Assembly: GCA_030704615.1 (NCBI GenBank)
Contig: CM060733.1
Location: forward strand, 66,340,001 to 66,404,000
Source: Takakia lepidozioides
Taxonomy: Eukaryota; Plantae; Bryophyta
DNA: 64,000 nucleotides
Direction: 5' to 3'
The notes under the pieces are model-generated. The model saw only the letters and a program-made list of their open reading frames with translations, was not told where the DNA came from and did not search any database. The first letter of the stretch is position 1, and each line of letters begins with the position of its first letter. This document shows positions 47,005-58,883 of the stretch, piece by piece. A program made the translations under genes and the position numbers.

Positions 47005-50000
47005 TGAAGTAACCTCCCCACTCTCACAAAGAGTAGCTACCAGCCTGAACACCTCAGCTGGTCTTACCCCCGGCGTGGAGATAGTGGGAGGTGTAGTGCC
47101 GGAGGGATCCTCGGATGTGAGGATCAAAACTGCCACGGCGGCGCCATGGCAAGCTGCAGCTGCCAGGTTGATGGAACTGTCAGCTAGGCCAGCCATTGAG
47201 CGTGCCATGGTGACACCTGGAGTTGTCATGTTAGACAACCAGGATGACAATTTCTGTTTGAGTGGACCGGCGGGCCAAAGGTACCGGCCACTGCGAGTCT
47301 TGTTAGACTCGGGAGCTCAGCCATTGATGTTGGGCAGAGCTGCTATTGCAGGCTTGGGCCTCACGGAGGCGGATATGGAGCCGTGCCATTTCCAGATACA
47401 GACATCTCTGGGAGGATCAGAGCAGGCTCGGGGCATGACACGGCGTGAGTTGACTATCAGACTACAGCCGGATCATGCTACAGACGGCTTAGTGATGAGA
47501 GCCAAGGCCATTGTGACAGACGCGGTCTCGTACGATGTCCCTTGTTGGTGGGGCAGTGTTGTACCCCATGGGCTTCACCCTGGATTTTTGGGAGGAGTCA
47601 GCTTCCTATAGGCCTGGATGGCTGTCAGGGCCGGCGTGTGTAGCTCCCTGTGACGTTCATAGGAGGAGTTGCGGTTGCCTAACGAGGCAAGATGCCGACA
47701 CTGGCAGCATTCACAGCTGCAGTGAAGAGTTGCTTGAGGACAACGCTCATTCAGAGGATGTGTCACCTCCGGGAGAGCAGGATGACATGTATGGTATGGC
47801 GGAGTTGCTTGCCATGGTTGCTCACACTTCATTGTGGGGCACGAACAAGGATTTGCAGCGGGTTGTTGATCGACGTATGCAACAAGCCTGGGTAGAGGCT
47901 TTTGTACCGTCAGGAGAGGAGGACAGTGCGGGGATTGCACCAGGACCACCTCAGTTGTTACCATTGGACACCACACTGATCGTGTGGCACTGTCCGGATG
48001 AAGGCATTTGCCTTCTGGACTTGTTTGGCGGGATCAGCACCGGACTGGCTGCTATGCTACAGACAGGTGTACGGGTACGGTGTCACTTGTATGTAGAGAG
48101 GGATGAGACTGCACAACGCGTCTCACTCCGTCATGTTGCTCAGTTAGTGCAGCAATATCCTGAGTTGTTGCCGGTGTCTGCGGTTCGTGGATATCAGCAA
48201 GTCTTCCCAGCAGACATCTCTTTGTTGGGGGCATAGGATTTGGAGCGGGTTGGCTCCATTGATCTGGTAGTGGCAGGTTGGCCCTGCCAAGGGCATTCAT
48301 CAGCCGGGCATGGCAATGGATTGCGAGACTCGAGGTCAGGTCTATTTTGGGAGATGGTGCGGGTTTTGCGCCACTTACAGCTTCATCAAGCTGTATCTCC
48401 ATCATACATCTTGGAGAATGTGTCACTGATAGGCGATTCTCAGGCCAAGATGATGGCCAGTGTACATCAAATCCGGTCGTGGCCTGGGTCAGCAGTGTTG
48501 CTGGATGCAGCTACAGTGGGGTCACGACTTAATCGTCCACGGCTATGGTGGACTAACTTGATGTCACCCGCACTACTCAAGCGTGCATTTGATGGGGTGC
48601 AGCGGCCAGCACATCTCACAGTTGATAGCATTTTGGACACAGGGAGGCAGTCTCAGCATGTGAGACACGATGACCATTCGCCTTTGGCAGTGGTCAACAA
48701 GGTGGGTCAACCACAAGCAGCACTACCTACACTACTCAGCTTCCCATGATCGCATGCTTTCCGGGATAGTGGACCTAGTCTCATGTGGGATGCTCAGCTG
48801 CAGCAGTTAGTGGAGCCTAATGTCGACGAGCGAGAGCGGGCTATGGGTTTTTCCACTGAGACCACAGCTGTGCCTTCTCTTTCATCACGTCGTCAGGTGT
48901 TGGGGCAAGCGGTGGATCTCAATTGCTTGACCTGGATTATCAGCTTGGCTATGGCTAAGCAACGTGGAGTGCGGAGTGCACTTCCCTTGACGGTCTCTCT
49001 GCCTACCGAGACGGTATAGGCAGTGAGTGGGGGCGAGCCAGTGAGGACCACGGGGTGTAGACATCCATGGCACACGTGGGAGGTGCTCGAGGTTCAGAGG
49101 GAGTTGGCAGCCAAGGCGGTTGTGATGGATGAGGTTGGGGATTCTTCTCGGGTTGAGGAGGTCATCAAGGATGAGATGATGGGGCAGGATGAGGCCTTGT
49201 CATTGACTGAGCAGGCAGGGAGTACTGCTCATGAGGTTGCAGCATAGCAACCATGGGACGCGTCTCCTACCTCTAAGTCTGCTGGACTTAAGGTTGCAGT
49301 TACAGAGGACAATTGGGAGCCTGACATTGGACCCATTGTCACTGGACGAGAGAGACGACGTATACGGCGGTTCCTGAGGGCTTACAGGAATTGCTTTGCC
49401 TTCAGTTTGAAGAATTTGGGAGCACTGAAGGGTCAGGAGATTCGTATTGAGTTGGCCACGGACTCGCCAATCTTTCGGAGACCCTATAGATACAGTGACA
49501 CGGAGAGGTCTTTGATTCAGATGAGGACTCAAGATCTCTGGGAGGCTGGTTTGGTGGAGCTTTCTGGTGGAAAGTATGCTTCAGCCACGGTAATGCCAGC
49601 CAAGAAGGATGTCTATGGCAATTGGACAGAGAGACGTATGTGCAATGATTACCGGCCTGTAAATCGTCAGACCAAGTCCGATAAGTATGCCATGCCCACA
49701 CCGGAGGAGATCTTTGATGCCATTGGGCATGCCAAGGTCTTTAGCACTCTGGACTTGTGGTCCGGATATCACCATTTGCCGATCAAGGAGGCAGACAAGC
49801 AGAAGACGGCATTCTGGGGGATCAATGAGCACAAGAAGGATTGCCTATATCAGTGGCGGTTCTTACCATTTGGGCTTAAGAACGCTCCTGCGGAGTTCCA
49901 GAGAGTCATGGACAAGATTATAGTAGGGGTGGATTTTGCTCGTTGCTACATAGATGACATCATCATCTTTAGTGCTACGGTGGAGGAGCACGAGAGACAC

Positions 50001-51505
50001 CTTCAGGTGGTGTTTGAGCACTTGAGAGCGCACGGATTGAAATTACATCCGGGGAAGTGCAAGTTCTTCCACAACCAGATTGAGTATCTGGGCCACATGA
50101 TATATCCTGGAGGATTGGGGGTGCAACAGACTAAGGTAGAGGCCATCGCACAGATTCCACGCCGAGTTCAAGCTTTCATGGGGTTGGCAAACTACTATAG
50201 ACGATTTGTCAAGGGATTTAGTGCTATTGCAAAGGCTCTAACCAAGCTGACCAAGGTAGACCAGGAGTGGCAGTGGGAAGATGAGCAAGAGTGAGCTTTT
50301 CAGGAGCTCAAGGCGAGGTTGACCTCGGCGCCCATCTTGAGACGACCTATCAGGGGGCGTCCCTCTTAGCTGCATACAGATTATAGCATGTTTGGGCTTG
50401 GAGCGGTGCTCACACAGGTGGATGATGAGGGAAGAGAGTTCGTAGTGGCTTATGCTAGCCGCTCAAACAACGCTGCAAAGTCTAAGTATAGCTCATATGA
50501 GGGGGAGTGCTTAGCTGCAGTGTGGCCGTGGCACATTTCAGGTGCTATCTATACGGCAATCTCTTCACCCTTGTCACGGATCACCAGCCACTCAAGTGGT
50601 TGATGGAGTCAGACAAGCTTACAGGGAAGCTTGCACGGTGGGCACTTATACTCTAGGAGTATGACTTTCAGGTTGTGCATCGACCGGGTTTGGTCAATAG
50701 GGATGCGGATGGATTGAGTCGCAATCCATGCTCGAGCCAACATGATGATACTAGAGCTCGGTGGCATGGTGAGACGGATGAGGAGATGGTGCCGGGATGG
50801 CATGCATCTGCCTTTTTGTGTATCTTGGCATTGGGAGGTCAGATTGGACCTACAACAGGGATGACTGTAGACGGAGTGTCTGAGGACCCTGAGGCTAGTG
50901 ATGAGCCAGGTGGTGCCAGAGATATACATAAGGATTCGGTTATGTTGGACTACCTCTGCACTGGAGACACGGCAGCTTGAGGAGCGTGCCTCACCCAATA
51001 CAGCGTGCACGGTTAGTGCGGCATGTCCATAAGGAGTTGGGGCATTTGGAGTACGACGCTGCAGGGGCAGTATTGGTGGCGTGGTATGCACACAGAGGTG
51101 CAACAGTTCGTGGCTAGGTGCATGGTGTGTGACAAGGTGCGTGCTTCATTCAACACCCCTACACCACAGTTGCATCCTTTACCCATCATGGGATTGGGCT
51201 ACAGGTGGAGTCTTGACTTCGTAGGACCGTTGCCATTGACGATGCGCCACCACAGATATGTGTCGGTGATGGTGGAGCACTTCTCCAAGTGGATTGAGTT
51301 GGTTCCATTGCCTGACAAGGCTAGTGAGGAGGCTGCGTATGCATTCCTGGATCGTGTGCTTAGCCGATTCGGTGCTCCAGCTGAGGTACTCACGGACAAA
51401 GGGAGATAGTTCTTGGGGGAGTTTCAGGCTTTGTGTGATAAAGCCTTGATAGACCACCGTACCACTTCTCGGGATCATCCTGAGGCCGATGGCTTGGCAA
51501 AGAGA
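47005..51505 (+). mobile_element. Ty3/gypsy pol pseudogene with domain order PR - C5 DNA methyltransferase - RT - RNase H - IN
   Basis: VLLDSGAQ (PR, ~47295); DNMT 48006-48945; LPFGLKNAPAEFQ and YIDDIII (RT); LHTDYS, VAYASRS, VTDHQPL (RH); HKELGH..CMVC, WSLDFVG, LTDKG (IN). Truncated at both ends. Confidence 0.93.
48006..48945 (+). pseudogene. C5-cytosine DNA methyltransferase domain within retrotransposon pol
   Basis: Motif I LLDLFGGISTG, II YVERD, III ADI, IV DLVVAGWPCQGHS, VI YILENV, VIII RPRLWWTN, IX ERERAMGF, X RRQVLGQAVD; one frame with two in-frame stops (48234, 48747). Confidence 0.93.
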
Positions 51506-54500
51506 ATATCACCCATACTGGAAGAACTAGAGTTGGATGCCACTCCTTCTTTTTCTTTGCAAGAAAGATTAAGGGAATTGGTACTGGAAGAAGATCAACC
51601 ACAAGGTGAAAGATCTGAGGTACATCCCTGGATAAAAGATTTGACAGAAATCTTTGATAAGAGTTGGCATGGAACACCAAAAGTAGGAACTCCAATTTCT
51701 GAAACAGAAGGTGAAGAAGGAGGAGCGGATGTGGCAGAGCCAACGGAGAGTTCAGACTCTCCAACACCATTGCAGTTGAGTTACATGAGTGAAGAAGAAA
51801 CCCAAGGGCAGAACTTGGAGGATGAAAATAGAGAGAAGAAATTGGAAGATGAAGAGTATGAAGAAGTAGACCCAACAGCTGAGGTTGAGACTACAACCAG
51901 GACATCCCAACCCGTTGGACCTGGATCAAGTGGAGCACTTGGATCACAGGCCAACGAAGGTGTTGGCTCAGGGGGATCAGGCGGGCAGCCTGGATCTGGC
52001 TCTGGGGGGACAGGGAGTGTGGGAAGTAGTGCAACTCGAGCTAGGAATACTGTGAATATCGTGGGGCCAGTAGCAGGGAGTGCTTAGGGGCCACCACTGT
52101 GTGGAAGATCCACCACAACTACAACAGGTCCTCAAGGACCAGCACCAGCAAGGGGGCCAGCATCTGTTAGTGGGCAAAAGGTAGGGCCACAGATGGCATT
52201 ACAACCAACACGGGCAAAACCACCTTTTCCAATATATTCAGGAAAAGGGGATCCTGATGTACACATTAGCCAATTTGAGCACATGTGTATCGTGAATAAT
52301 GAGAATGGCGATGATGCCAAGATGAGATTGTTTCCTTGTTCACTTATCAAGAAAGCAAGTGAATGGTATGTAAGATTCCCTGATAATCATTTCCTAACCT
52401 GGAATGGCTTGAATACAGCATTCCGAAATAGGTTCAGGACAAGTAAAACTGAGGATGAAGTGTATGGAAGTTTACAACAGTTAAAGCAAAAGAAGCATGA
52501 AACTGTTGAGGAGTATATGGAAAAAATGGAATTGATGATGAAAAAGCTGGCTGCTGTACCATCACTAGGTTTACAGAAGACTTGGTTTGTGAGTGGACTA
52601 AGACCAGAGTTGCAAAAGAAAGTGGATATGTTACCCCATAATACAGTGGAGGACGCATTTGAAATAGCAAACAAAATTGAGCAATTGGGAATGCTCAGGA
52701 GAGAGAAAAGGGATGATGAGGACTCTGAGGATGAGTCAGATGAGGAAGAAGAGCAAGAGCTGAAAAGGAAGAGTAAGAGAAAGGAGAAGTTGAAGAGGGA
52801 TAACTATGAGAAAAGATTAGAAGAAATCTTGAAGAAGTATGCCACAGAGGCTGTAACACATTGGAGAAAGGGTGTTTGGTGTGCAAAGTGCCAGAATGAA
52901 GGCCATACCACCACTGAATGCCACATGAAGGAGAAACACCATACTATCTATAAAATGGATAACCATTCTACTGAGAATTGTTACTACAACAGAAGGACAA
53001 CAGCTAGAGAACCTAGGCAAGTAAGGGTGCATCAAGTGCAGCCCCAGCCAAGAAGAAACAGTGATCAGGACCCCTCTGGTAGGCCTGGTGGTTATAACAA
53101 TGGCATGGAAGGAAGAGGTAATCCAAGAGGGAATTACCAAGGGAATTCCAGAGGCAACTATCAGGGTAATCCAAGGGGAATTACCAGCCAAGGAATCAGG
53201 ATTACAGAAACAATTCCAGAACAGACCAAGGGCGAGGACCTAATGGGGAAGAACTGTGTTACTATTGTAATCAGGCAGGCCATTGCAAGGCAGCCTGTCC
53301 ATTCTGGATCAGACACCAGAATGAGATGAGAGCTCCTGTGAATGAGGGGCCAGTGGTGGCAGCTCACATGGTTAGGCCATGTGTTGTACCAGAAGTAAGT
53401 ACAATGATAGTAACGAGAAGCAAAACCAAACTAATACCTCCAGTAGATGAGGAAGATGATGATAATGAAGATGGCAGTGATGTGCCTGAAGATGATGAGG
53501 CTTGGAGAGATGAGAAGGAACTGCACAAGGAAGTGGCAGATACCATAAGGGAAATGCAGAAGAGTACTGATATTCCTATGGCAGATTCCTCTGATTCTGA
53601 AAGAGAAAGGAAGTGAGTGAGGATGAAGGGAAGAAAGAAGCTGCAGACATGCAGAGTAATGAAGGGACTTTGGCTGAAGTAAAATGCCAGTCCAAAGCAG
53701 AGATTACCATTGGAGAGCTATTGGCTGTGGCACCTTATTGTAGACACAGGCTGTATGAAGCAATCAATCGAATTGCCCATGTGACAGGGAACACAGACCT
53801 GAACAACAAGGTGACCAGTTATAATGTGAAGCCGGAAGGGCGAGAAACAGTCATGGACTTTGATGATTCTATGCCAGTAATCCAATTGAGAATTGGAAGC
53901 ACAGAACTAACTGATGTACTGATAGATAGAGGCTCTAGAGTGAATATCATGATAGACCAATTAAGGCAGAAGCTTGGTCTAAGTAACATGAAACCAGCCC
54001 CATTTACAGTAACAATGGCAGATCAAAGAAGTGTACAACCATTGGGATTGATAAGAGGAGTTAAGATACAAATTCAAAAGATGATCTTTATGATCACAGT
54101 AACTGTATTGAAAATGGATGAAGTCATGGAGGCTTACTCCTTATTATTGGGACGTCCGTGGCTGAAACAGGCCAGGGTATTCCATGACTGGAATTCTCAG
54201 TTACTAACTGTGCATAATGGGATGCACGAGATACAAATTACCACTAAGAAATCTAGTAGATTACCTGCTACGAGAAGACCTCGAGGGGTCAGGGAGTATG
54301 ACTGGAGGGGAGGACTTGATGAGGAGCAGGAAGCTACCCTGTTTGCTGCACACCCAGAGTGGGAGCAGGTTGCAGAGATGCAGTTGGAAGGCCTAAGTTG
54401 TTTAAAAGGTATCTGCTGTGGTGTGGTGACAACAACACCAATTGAAGGTGAAACAAGCAGTTACCCACCACATTTCTATGAAGAAAGAGAAGGAGAAATG

Positions 54501-54982
54501 GAAATCCTAGAGGAACCAGCCACTGTGAGTTTACAGGATGAAGTGGTGACTGGTTGGACAATCACAGCTGATGAGCAGGTGAGAGAAGTGAATGTGGGAA
54601 CTGAAGATGAACCAAGGATGGTGAAGGTAGGGGCTGATTTGGAGCCAGAATTCTTTGAGGAAGCTAAGAGTTTGTTCATCAAATACAGAGATGTATTTGC
54701 TTGGAGCTACGAGGATCTAAAAGGGATACCACCTGAGATCTGTCAGCATAAGATTGAACTGGAACCAGGGTCAGTACCAATCAAACAGGCAAGGTACAGA
54801 ATGAATCCCAACTATGCACAGAAGGTTGGAGAAGAGATCAAGAAGTTGGCTGAGGCTAAGTTTATATACCCGATAGAGTATACAACTTGGTTGTCACCCA
54901 TTGTGATCGTTCCCAAGAAGAATGGTAAACTGAGAGTTTGTGTGAACTATAAGAAGTTGAATGCTTGCACGAAGAAAGATCC
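51506..54982 (+). mobile_element. Second Ty3/gypsy family: gag, protease and start of RT; truncated by an LTR
   Basis: YSGKGDPDVHISQF, LFPCSL..KASEWY, QKKHETVEEY, WFVSGL, CCHC knuckles; VLIDRGSRVNIM, LLLGRPWL (PR); WLSPIVIVPKKNGKLRVCVNY (RT). Confidence 0.92.
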
Positions 54983-55400
54983 TGTCAAGTTAAATAAGCA
55001 CAGTGTGAAAACGACTAGAATAAAGCTAGTTATTTGTACTTAACACTTGGATTTAGATCAAGTGTTAAGTCAGGTGTCAAGTTTAGTTTGACACCTGAAC
55101 CGTCTTATCTTCACGAGAGCGGCAGTCGCGCAGCTCATCTCTCTCGAGTTGAGCCTGCGCGACCGAGCTCTTGCATCGTTTAGGACTGAGTGTGCTTATG
55201 ATGGGAGTATAGGTTGTTGTGGGGTGGAGTCCCCATAGCTTGGGGTGCCCCTGGCTCGACTTCTGTTTTAACGAGTGATAGCGATGGATTTCATGTTGTT
55301 TCTGGTGTGAATAGTGTGTCTCTTAGCTTGTTCTATCACTCGAGAGAGATGCTCTCTTACCTGTGAGTGCAAGGTAGGAGTTGAGGGTTAGCACTTGCAA
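54983..55400 (+). mobile_element. LTR fragment related to 3054-3430
   Basis: Shared blocks tgtcaagtt, ttatcttcacg, agctcatct.tctcgagttgagcc, tatcactcg, ctgtgagtgc, tagcacttg; begins exactly where the RT frame breaks. Confidence 0.7.
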
Positions 55401-56324
55401 GATTACCTGTGTGTAAGTAGTGCTTAGTTTGAGAAGCATATCATTGAATGTGACCACAAGATTCAGCGTGCCCTGAAACGCCTGGAGGATGACGATGCCG
55501 GAGCCGCCACTGTTATTGCAGTCGCTGAAGCTACCAAGTCACTAGAGGCTTTGGAGTACACAAGGAGAGACTTAAAAATGCAGCAGCAATGCTAGTTGGC
55601 ACCTATGCGTGATCCTTGAAGCTGGATGATCGTTTCCCCAGTAAGCTTATAGAGGAGCCTGCTGTTGCAATTGTTTCTTGTATTGGGGTCGGTCTTGGAC
55701 CAAAATTTAGCTTCAGCTTCTTTGTCAATCATTTGCTTCGATCATGCGAGAGCGCCATGCAGCGGGTTAAGGGGCAGGGCTATGGAGCAGAAAAGCGGCA
55801 TCCTCTTCGCAATGCGCAGAGGACGGAGTTCCGTGCATATGGTTGCTGTGGAGCCTCACCAACAACAAAACTTTGCGCTTTCCGTTCTTGGGGTTGTTGC
55901 ATTGTATGCGCCCTAGGATCCGGGCTTGGAATTGTCTTCTGACCAATTCAGCAAAAACGAACGACGAATGTACTCTAGCCAAAAAGCAAGTTAGACAACG
56001 CCGATAACTAGTATACCTGGCACGTAGGTCAACGCTGGAGCAGGTTGATTTCAAGATCCTTCACAAAGGAAGCTCTACCGTGCAGCATGGAGCAGCGCTG
56101 GCATGAGTTGGATAACCGCAGTTCGCAAGGGAGGGGCTGGCAAGCTGTGAACGCTGATATCTGCACTACCACAACGTCCCTAGGATGAATACAAAGTGCC
56201 TGGAGTGAAATGGATAGCTGGAGAGCTGCTCAGGCCCATACATTTTGGGAGTTAAGAGTCATATCATCTACCTTGAGGGCGGAGGCCAGGCATCGGAAAT
56301 GGACCACCTTGTGTGGAAGATCAA

Positions 56325-56548
56325 GGGCATGATGGAGCCTGTTGAGGACAACCTTGTTGCACTGACTGTCAAACCCAAGTGTGGCTGAGTGGACCAGCTT
56401 GGGTGGAAGCTGATCGCAGGCATGATGGAGCGTGTGGAGAACAACCGAGTTGCACTCACTGTCAATACTGGTTGTGGTCGACTTGGGTGGTGATCGCAGG
56501 CATGATATGAGCATGTGGAGGATGACATTGTTGCCACTCAAGCTGGCC
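56325..56548 (+). repeat. Three diverged 80-93-bp tandem units
   Basis: ggcatgat(gg)agc...acaacc..gttgcact.actgtcaa...cttgggtgg..gatcgca repeated. Confidence 0.6.
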
Positions 56549-56904
56549 CACCAACATGGAAAGAAATGTTCCAAGGTTGCAAGACTATTCTGTATTTCGA
56601 CATACCATCCATGAGCCCTGTCGGCAAAGTCTGAGACCAAAACTACTGAAATAAGGCAGTTCACTGAAGATTTTGGAGGAAGCTTTGAGCATGAGTGTAG
56701 CACAGGTACAGCTACAATCTGACAAGGAAGACAGAATAAGCTCGGGATTGGTGGCACTTCCCTGCATTGGTGGCAGCATGAAATTGTGAGCGTGGGGGTA
56801 GCATTAGAAGGAATGCTGCACTGAGAGGGAGGTGAGCAGGCACATGAAAAAGAGCGGGAGGCAAAGAAGACGGGGCCCATTGCAGAGCAAGGGAGCTCCC
56901 TGCT

Positions 56905-57185
56905 ATGAGTCAGTTCTTGCCTCGTCCTGCTGCCGCTCGCTGTTGCGATCCTTCCATCACATAGCTGGGCGCCCGGGCATCTCAGAAAGGGATCTGTCAG
57001 CCGTCTCTCTCGTGTCCGCGGCGTGCAGAGGTCGGGGAACAAGAGCACATGGGAGTGCGGCCGCAAGCGAACCCGATTACGACCCGACTGAGCGCAGAAC
57101 CCCGCCATCGGAGAAGATTCACAGGCTAGTTGATGAAATTTCCAGCCTCACTCTACTTGAAGTTTCGGATCTCACAACGCTGTTG
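56905..57185 (+). pseudogene. 5' fragment of an organellar ribosomal protein L7/L12 gene
   Basis: Transit-peptide-like segment then PPSEKIHRLVDEISSLTLLEVSDLTTLL (L12 N-terminal dimerisation domain); similarity stops abruptly at ~57185. Confidence 0.75.
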
Positions 57186-57614
57186 AACTCAAATGAAATG
57201 GAGGGGAACAGCAGGCACGTGGCCAGGCAACCTAGGAAACCATATAGAACTTAGGGAACCGGGAACCAGTTACCAGATATTTTGGGTGCAATTTTAAATT
57301 TTTAAATTTTTAAACCTTTTTTTTTAAAAAAAGAAAAAGAAAAGAAAAAAAAAAAAAGGCCTTTGATCTAATTTAAATGATTTAAAGCCAAATTGGTCAT
57401 ATCTTTGTCAAATGGGCTCTGTTTGACTCAGTTTTTGAGGGGATAGATGCAGAAAGGGGAAATCTGCCTATCCAGACCTGGTTTTTGTTTTTTGGACTCT
57501 GCTAAAAATCTATGGAATTTTTAGAGTGTGAGTGTGCCATGAAGGATCCACAATTTTGTTTCTAGAACCTGTGCTGGTCTATATGAGAGACAAATCTGTG
57601 GATGTCCTCCTTGT

Positions 57615-58364
57615 ATGGCTGGGGGAAATGAGGACGTAATTGAAGGGCAGGTCTCTTCTCTTAGCCTGTGCACACAAGGGGACAAGATTTATGTTTCCCA
57701 AGGAACTCAGACTGATTTGAGTGGAGAACAATTGGACGAGTTGATTGCATACTGGGAGTCAGGCATTAGCAGTGGACAACAAACTGCTGTAGTTGGCGTT
57801 GAGGGCCTCAATATTGCCTTGGACAGTCAGAACTCCGTTGGAGCCAGTAGTTCTGCAGCTGTAGGTGACATACCAAAGTGGGTGAAAGCTAGGCTTGGAA
57901 CACAGCCAAAGACAGCCCCGGGGACCAAGGTGTTCAGCCACAAGGCCGTGGTGTACTGGAGCAGAGGAGCAGGAGCTACACAAGTTTGTGCAATCAGACA
58001 TGGTTGCAGCCGGACACACTCTGCACAAGGCAACCACGAGTGGGGGTTCATTAGCAATGACAAGTTTGTTTTGCTTGAAGGAGATACAGTCATTCGCAAC
58101 GAGGACACCCGCAACCGTCTCAAAGCTTTCGAGTTGAGAGACTATCAGACCCTACCTTTGTTTTCTTTAGTGTTCAGTGAGCGGGAGATAGGGGAGTATT
58201 GCTTTGTCTCTACCTGGCAGAAAGAGGAGGAGGGTTGGTTAGAGCGAGCTACTGTAGCTTGGGACAAGGTTAGTGGCAGGTTTATGGACATAGATATACC
58301 TCCAACACCTTACCATCATGCAGAGCGAGGCACTTTGAGAGAAGTCTGGCAGTTGATAGTATAG
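57615..58364 (+). CDS. Uninterrupted 249-aa ORF of unknown function upstream of the DNMT-family gag
   Basis: ATG-to-stop ORF with protein-like composition, ~520 bp upstream of gag on the same strand; no motif recognised. Confidence 0.5.
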   Translation: MAGGNEDVIEGQVSSLSLCTQGDKIYVSQGTQTDLSGEQLDELIAYWESGISSGQQTAVVGVEGLNIALDSQNSVGASSSAAVGDIPKWVKARLGTQPKTAPGTKVFSHKAVVYWSRGAGATQVCAIRHGCSRTHSAQGNHEWGFISNDKFVLLEGDTVIRNEDTRNRLKAFELRDYQTLPLFSLVFSEREIGEYCFVSTWQKEEEGWLERATVAWDKVSGRFMDIDIPPTPYHHAERGTLREVWQLIV

Positions 58365-58883
58365 ATCAGGATTAGATCTTGCTTGGTCGGGCTTCTATTC
58401 TTCCTCTCCATCTCTTTACTATTTTCATTATTTTGTACTTGTAGTTGCCAAAGCCTCTCTTGGTGGAGGCCAGTCAGTCCGGGGTTTTGGGCTGGGATAT
58501 TCTGCAGGTCAGCACTGTAGATGGATTTTGGTGTGGGGGTGTTGATGTTTTGATTTCTTGTGTTTGGATCCCCCCCAACACTTGCATGCTTGACTGTGCG
58601 CCATGTTGGTTTTGTGTGGGCGCTTGCTTTCATAGGGATTAGGCCGGATTTGATCACCGGTCAATCCTAGAGTATGCTGTTGGTGGTGAGGCTGGAGTGA
58701 TGACCAGCAAGACCACTAGTGTTTCTTCTATGGTGAAACTGGGTTGATGACCAGCCAACCATAGGAGTTATTGCGGTGGATGCAGGTGCAGGTGCCCTGA
58801 GCCACTGGGATATGACCCTTAAACTGCAACAGGTGCCTACCCGTGTCACTATTAGAATTAGTACTAGAGCCTTATAGTGTCAC

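Noticed and set aside
56230-57108. 292-aa minus-strand ORF
   Set aside because: Antisense to the L7/L12 fragment and a tandem repeat; no coding features.
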